A stretch of DNA of 64,000 bases from Comamonadaceae bacterium (GTDB taxonomy: Bacteria; Pseudomonadota; Gammaproteobacteria; Burkholderiales; Burkholderiaceae_C): positions 26,191-90,190 of the forward strand of contig CANBYM010000001.1 in the NCBI GenBank assembly GCA_947373605.1. Direction: 5' to 3'. Below are positions 59,885-64,000 of the stretch, piece by piece. The notes beneath the pieces are model-generated. The model was given only the letters and a program-made list of their open reading frames with translations. It had not been told where the DNA came from and did not search any database. The translations under genes were made by a program, and so were the position numbers. Numbering within the stretch: the stretch's first letter is position 1; each line of letters opens with the position of its first letter.

Positions 59885-61886
59885 TTTTCCGGGGGCCACC
59901 CCCCCAGCCGGATTGCCTGATATCGCCGCCTTAACCCAGCTCGCCGGTGCGTTTTTTTCAGCACTGCCGGGCGAAGCGCCCAAGCCACCTTCCGGTGTGC
60001 ATACGCAGTCGGCCCTGGGTGGAGTACCTGCGCCGACCAACCTATTGCCCGGTGGCACATCGCTGGGCCCGTTGGTGCGTGATCCACAACTGGCCGGCAC
60101 CTTGGTGCCGGGCGGCAACGTGGTTCCCACCACGCCACAAAACGTGCTCTCTTTGGGCGCGTCTACTCCGTCACTGGTGCCGCACTCGGCAGCGCCCAAT
60201 GGCCTGCCCGACAACGCGGCCATCGTTCCCCCTGCAGTTGATAGCAAGGCCGGTGGAAACGCGCTGGGCGTTCCCGAAGGCTATGCAGCGGCGCTACCCG
60301 CAGCACCGCAATCGCCCTCGCCTCTGCCCGGCACGCCATCCACGCCCTACTACTTTCTGGGTGAAAGCAGTGGCTATCCCTCTACCTTGACCGAGCACGC
60401 CGTGCCACGCGAAGACCGAGTGACGCCCAATGCGTTTGGTTTGCCCGGAGCGGAAGACCTACGTGCATTGCTGAGCGACAACCCACGCAATGCTTCAGCC
60501 AACGGTGTGGCACTCGGATCTGCCGGTCCCTCATCACTGGGTGCGCAAGCGTCGCAAGGCGAAGCAGCGCGCGCTGCCGGACCGTTCTACTTTCTGGAGC
60601 CGTCCCGTCCTGCGGTGACGCATGCCGGACGCGATCCCCAAGTAGACCCGCAAGCACGCCACCCCGCGTTTGATGTGAATGCAATCCGTCGCGACTTTCC
60701 CATTCTGCAGGAGCGTGTCAACGGGCGTCCGCTGGCCTGGTTCGACAACGCCGCGACGACCCACAAGCCGCGCCAGGTGATTGAGCGCATCTCGTACTTT
60801 TATGAGCACGAGAATTCGAATATTCACCGCGCTGCCCACGAGCTGGCCGCCCGCGCTACCGATGCGTATGAGAGTGCGCGTGAAAAAGTGCGTGTGTTCC
60901 TGGGCGCATCCAGTGTTGAAGAAGTTATCTTCGTGCGGGGTGCGACTGAGGCTATCAACCTGGTGGCCAAGACCTGGGGCGTGCAGAACGTGCAGGAAGG
61001 GGACGAGATCATCGTCTCCAACCTGGAGCACCACGCTAATATCGTGCCCTGGCAACAGCTGGCGGCGCAAAAGGGCGCACGCATCCGCGTGATTCCCGTG
61101 GATGACTCCGGTCAGGTGCTGCTCGATGAGTACAAAAAGCTGCTCAACGACCGCACCAAAATCGTCGCAGTAACGCAAGTTTCCAATGCGCTGGGCACCG
61201 TGGTGCCGGTCAAGGAAATTGTGGAACTGGCGCATCGTGCCGGCGCAGTAGCGTTGGTGGACGGGGCACAGTCGGTCAGCCACATGCGGGTCAATGTGCA
61301 GGACATCGGCGCGGACTTCTTCGTGTTCTCCGGCCACAAGATCTTCGGGCCCACCGGCATCGGCGTGGTATACGGCAAACGCGAGTTGCTGGATGCCATG
61401 CCGCCCTGGCAGGGTGGCGGCAACATGATTGCTGATGTGACTTTTGAGCGCACTATTTTTCAGCCACCGCCCAACAAGTTTGAGGCAGGCACCGGCAATA
61501 TTGCCGATGCGGTGGGCCTGGGTGCTGCGATTGACTATGTGCAGCGCATCGGTCTGGAAAACATTGCCCGCTACGAGCATGACATCCTTGCCTATGCCAC
61601 GCACTTGCTGCAGCCTATTCCCGGTGTGCGCCTGATCGGCACGGCCAAGGACAAGGCGAGCGTGCTGTCCTTTGTGCTGAAGGGTTACACCACGGAGGAA
61701 GTCGGCAAAGAGCTGAACCGTGAAGGTATAGCGGTGCGCTCCGGCCACCACTGCGCGCAGCCTATCCTGCGTCGCTTTGGAGTTGAGGCCACCGTGCGCC
61801 CTTCGCTGGCGTTCTACAACACCTGCGAGGAAGTGGACCGCTTCATTGCCGTGGTGCGACGGCTGAGTTCACAACGGACACACTGA
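59859..61886 (+). CDS. Encapsulin cargo cysteine desulfurase (SufS type) with long disordered N-terminal domain
   Basis: About 270 aa rich in Pro/Ala/Gly/Ser, then DNAATT, SGHK (PLP Lys) and RSGHHCAQP; ATG lies inside the last 26 nt of the shell gene. Confidence 0.93.
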   Translation: MTIQIPTSDFPGATPPAGLPDIAALTQLAGAFFSALPGEAPKPPSGVHTQSALGGVPAPTNLLPGGTSLGPLVRDPQLAGTLVPGGNVVPTTPQNVLSLGASTPSLVPHSAAPNGLPDNAAIVPPAVDSKAGGNALGVPEGYAAALPAAPQSPSPLPGTPSTPYYFLGESSGYPSTLTEHAVPREDRVTPNAFGLPGAEDLRALLSDNPRNASANGVALGSAGPSSLGAQASQGEAARAAGPFYFLEPSRPAVTHAGRDPQVDPQARHPAFDVNAIRRDFPILQERVNGRPLAWFDNAATTHKPRQVIERISYFYEHENSNIHRAAHELAARATDAYESAREKVRVFLGASSVEEVIFVRGATEAINLVAKTWGVQNVQEGDEIIVSNLEHHANIVPWQQLAAQKGARIRVIPVDDSGQVLLDEYKKLLNDRTKIVAVTQVSNALGTVVPVKEIVELAHRAGAVALVDGAQSVSHMRVNVQDIGADFFVFSGHKIFGPTGIGVVYGKRELLDAMPPWQGGGNMIADVTFERTIFQPPPNKFEAGTGNIADAVGLGAAIDYVQRIGLENIARYEHDILAYATHLLQPIPGVRLIGTAKDKASVLSFVLKGYTTEEVGKELNREGIAVRSGHHCAQPILRRFGVEATVRPSLAFYNTCEEVDRFIAVVRRLSSQRTH

Positions 61887-61895
61887 TTGGTGAGC

Positions 61896-61953
61896 GTGCA
61901 GTGTTCGGCACTGCACATTAACAATGGCGGCCTTTTCGGGCCGCCATTTTTTT
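61896..61953 (+). terminator. Tandem hairpins; the second is an intrinsic terminator
   Basis: GTGCAGTG-TTCGG-CACTGCAC, then AATGGCGGCC-TTTTCG-GGCCGCCATT-TTTTT. Confidence 0.85.
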
Positions 61954-61962
61954 GGTGAGGCA

Positions 61963-62021
61963 ATAAGTAATAAACAAACAACTAACAATTCGTTTGTGAA
62001 AGCGCATGAGCGCGCCAGAAT
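61963..62021 (+). promoter_or_regulatory. Putative CysB/Cbl-type promoter, copy 3 (possibly leaderless transcript)
   Basis: ATAAGTAATAAA-N14-TTCGTT-N21-CAGAAT; ATG follows after 7 nt. Confidence 0.55.
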
Positions 62022-62028
62022 CAAGCCT

Positions 62029-62604
62029 ATGGCAACTCTCATCATCGTTCCCGGCTGGCGTAATTCAGGCCCCGGCCACTGGCAAAGCCTATGGGTCGAG
62101 CAGTTGCCCAATGCGGTGCGGGTAGAGCAGGACGACTGGATTACTCCGTCGCGCAAGGCCTGGATTGCCTCGATCAGCGATGCAATTCTCGCGCAGGAGG
62201 GACCGGTGGTTGTTGCGGCACACAGCCTGGGCTGTATTGCCACTACCCACTTGGCGCCTGAGGTGGCGCAGCGCATTCACAGTGCCTTGCTTGTCGCGCC
62301 TGCCGACCCCGAGAGGCGGGGCATTCTGGCGGACTTTGCGCCGGTGCCTTACCAGCCCTTGCCCTACAAACATATTGTGGTTGCCAGCAATGACGACCCG
62401 TACTGCCCGGTGCGAACCGCAGGTGCTTACGCGCGGGCTTGGGGCAGTGAGTTTTTGCGTTTGCAAAGTGCCGGTCACATTAATGTGGACTCCGGCCATG
62501 GACATTGGCCCTTGGGGCTGGCGTTGGTGCAGTCGCTGCTGTCAGAAGCGGACTTAGCTCATGCCGCTAACACGGAAAGCGCCCTGGAGACGGAAGACGC
62601 TTGA
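62029..62604 (+). CDS. RBBP9/YdeN-family alpha/beta hydrolase
   Basis: IVPG..NSG..HWQ, AHSLGC, SNDDPY and GHIN..SG motifs. Confidence 0.92.
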   Translation: MATLIIVPGWRNSGPGHWQSLWVEQLPNAVRVEQDDWITPSRKAWIASISDAILAQEGPVVVAAHSLGCIATTHLAPEVAQRIHSALLVAPADPERRGILADFAPVPYQPLPYKHIVVASNDDPYCPVRTAGAYARAWGSEFLRLQSAGHINVDSGHGHWPLGLALVQSLLSEADLAHAANTESALETEDA

Positions 62605-62630
62605 TCGGCGCCTGCCACGTTCGGTAAGCG

Positions 62631-63515
62631 TTAACTCTTGCCTTTCCACGGAACGAGCACGCGTTCAATCGCGCGCATGACCAGTGAAAACGCAAAGGCA
62701 CAGATGGCAATGATGGCAATGCCCACAAACACCGCGTCGGTGGCTAAAAAGTGGGATGCCGACATGATCATATAGCCGATGCCGCGCGTCGCCGCAATCA
62801 GCTCGGCTGCAACCAGCGTGCCCCAGCCCACACCCAGCGCAATGCGGATGCCGGTCAGAATTTCCGGCAGTGCCGACGGCAGCACTACTTCTGAAAACAA
62901 CTGCCAGCAATTGGCACCCAGCGAAAGCGCCGCATTGATCCGCTCCATCGGCAGGGACCGTACACCGGCTTGTGCGGATAGCACGATGGGCGCAAACATG
63001 GCCAAGGTGAGCAAGGAAATTTTGGACGCTTCACCGATACCCAGCCAGATGATCATCAGCGGCAAATAGGCCAGTGGCGGCAGCGGCCAGTAAAACTCGA
63101 TGGGCGTATCCAGCACCCCTTTGGCCCAGCGGTTGAGTCCCATGGCAATGCCCGCTGGTATGCCCAGCACGATGGCAATTGCAGCGGCACTCAGAATGCG
63201 CATCAGGCTGGCGCTCACGTGTTCCCACAGCGTGGCGTTGGCGTAGCCGTCCTCCCAGATGGACTGCGCTATTGTGATGACCTCGGATGGCGTCGGCAAA
63301 AACAGATGCGACACCCAACCGCTGGCCGACACCAAATACCAGCCGATAAGTATGACGATGCCGGTGATCACGCTGATTAGCAGTGTGGAGCCTTCGCCGA
63401 TGCCGAAGCTGCGCATTTTTACGACACGTGGTGGTGCGGTAGTTGATGCTGCAGCTGTGGGTGTTTGCGAGCTTGCGGATTGCATGGCGATGAGTTGTGC
63501 TGCGAGGTCGGTCAT
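62631..63515 (-). CDS. tauC: Taurine-type ABC permease
   Basis: [17 protein letters not shown] and [16 protein letters not shown] motifs. Confidence 0.85.
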   Translation of the reverse strand: MTDLAAQLIAMQSASSQTPTAAASTTAPPRVVKMRSFGIGEGSTLLISVITGIVILIGWYLVSASGWVSHLFLPTPSEVITIAQSIWEDGYANATLWEHVSASLMRILSAAAIAIVLGIPAGIAMGLNRWAKGVLDTPIEFYWPLPPLAYLPLMIIWLGIGEASKISLLTLAMFAPIVLSAQAGVRSLPMERINAALSLGANCWQLFSEVVLPSALPEILTGIRIALGVGWGTLVAAELIAATRGIGYMIMSASHFLATDAVFVGIAIIAICAFAFSLVMRAIERVLVPWKGKS

Positions 63516-64000
63516 ACGTTGGCGCCTTCTTCCGTGCGGTGCACGATGGCGCGAATCTCTTCGCGCAGTTCGGCAAATGCCGGAGATGTCTTGATGGCGC
63601 GGGCATCGCGGTCACGTGCAAACCGGTGCACAAAGTCAGTTGCAAAGCGAGCCACAATGCGCCCGGGTCGGGGCGACATGACAATGACTTCGGTGCCCAG
63701 AAAGAGCGCCTCTTCAATTGAGTGGGTGATAAAGAAAACCTGTTTGCGGGTGCGGTCCCACACCGAGACCAGCAACTCCTGCATCTGTTCGCGTGTCATG
63801 CTGTCCAGCGCGCCAAATGGCTCATCCATCAGCAAAATTTTGGGGTTGGTGGCCAGCGCACGCGCCAGACCGACGCGTTGGCGCATTCCGCCCGAGAGTT
63901 CAAACGAAAAGGCCTGGGCAAAGTCCTGCAAGCCTACCAGCGACAACAGTTCCTGCGCGCGAGCATCGCGCTCTTTGCGACCTTGGCCCGCAAATTTCAG
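63512..64000 (-). CDS. tauB: Taurine-type ABC ATPase (5' part outside the window)
   Basis: [23 protein letters not shown] and ITHSIEEA motifs; frame open to the window edge. Confidence 0.85.
   Translation of the reverse strand: MKFAGQGRKERDARAQELLSLVGLQDFAQAFSFELSGGMRQRVGLARALATNPKILLMDEPFGALDSMTREQMQELLVSVWDRTRKQVFFITHSIEEALFLGTEVIVMSPRPGRIVARFATDFVHRFARDRDARAIKTSPAFAELREEIRAIVHRTEEGANV

Noticed and set aside
60534-61751. 405-aa minus-strand ORF (also 11011-12021, 43110-44066, 20219-21010)
   Set aside because: Antisense to well-supported genes; no recognisable domains

Overview
Chromosomal window from a betaproteobacterium; gene content and order point to Comamonadaceae (Rhodoferax/Polaromonas-like, an inference). 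I see no rRNA, tRNA, CRISPR array, integrase or transposase. 1-22 kb is mostly housekeeping: kdsD end, kdsC, lptC, SDR, RRM protein, ECF sigma/anti-sigma, SAM-II riboswitch-metXW, rsmE, amgK, lptD-surA-rsmA, a PhnD-like binding protein with a hybrid kinase, a secreted RNase/barstar pair and maeB. 22-34 kb is a redox/peptidase block. 34.7-41.8 kb is an SPFH-DUF4178-DUF350-membrane aminopropyltransferase-Tat amine oxidase cluster. 43-64 kb is a sulfur-starvation region: SulP, sbp, ssuEAADCBF, metNIQ-like genes, a RutE-like nitroreductase, cysB/cbl, tauD, rhodanese-cysE-XRE, a family 2A encapsulin with its cysteine desulfurase cargo, a YdeN-like hydrolase and tauCB. Leading novelty candidates: (1) a putative -1 frameshift at the end of barstar (U-rich site, 5-nt spacer, perfect 11-bp stem) that would add a 68-aa tail ending in an ssrA-like YWLAAA degron; (2) three identically spaced promoter motifs that suggest a CysB-type regulon with uncharacterised members; (3) a Cys/Met-free RutE paralogue; (4) the membrane-associated polyamine-type cluster; (5) an orphan ADP-ribosyltransferase-like ORF. 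Family calls come from motif recognition only; no searches were run.
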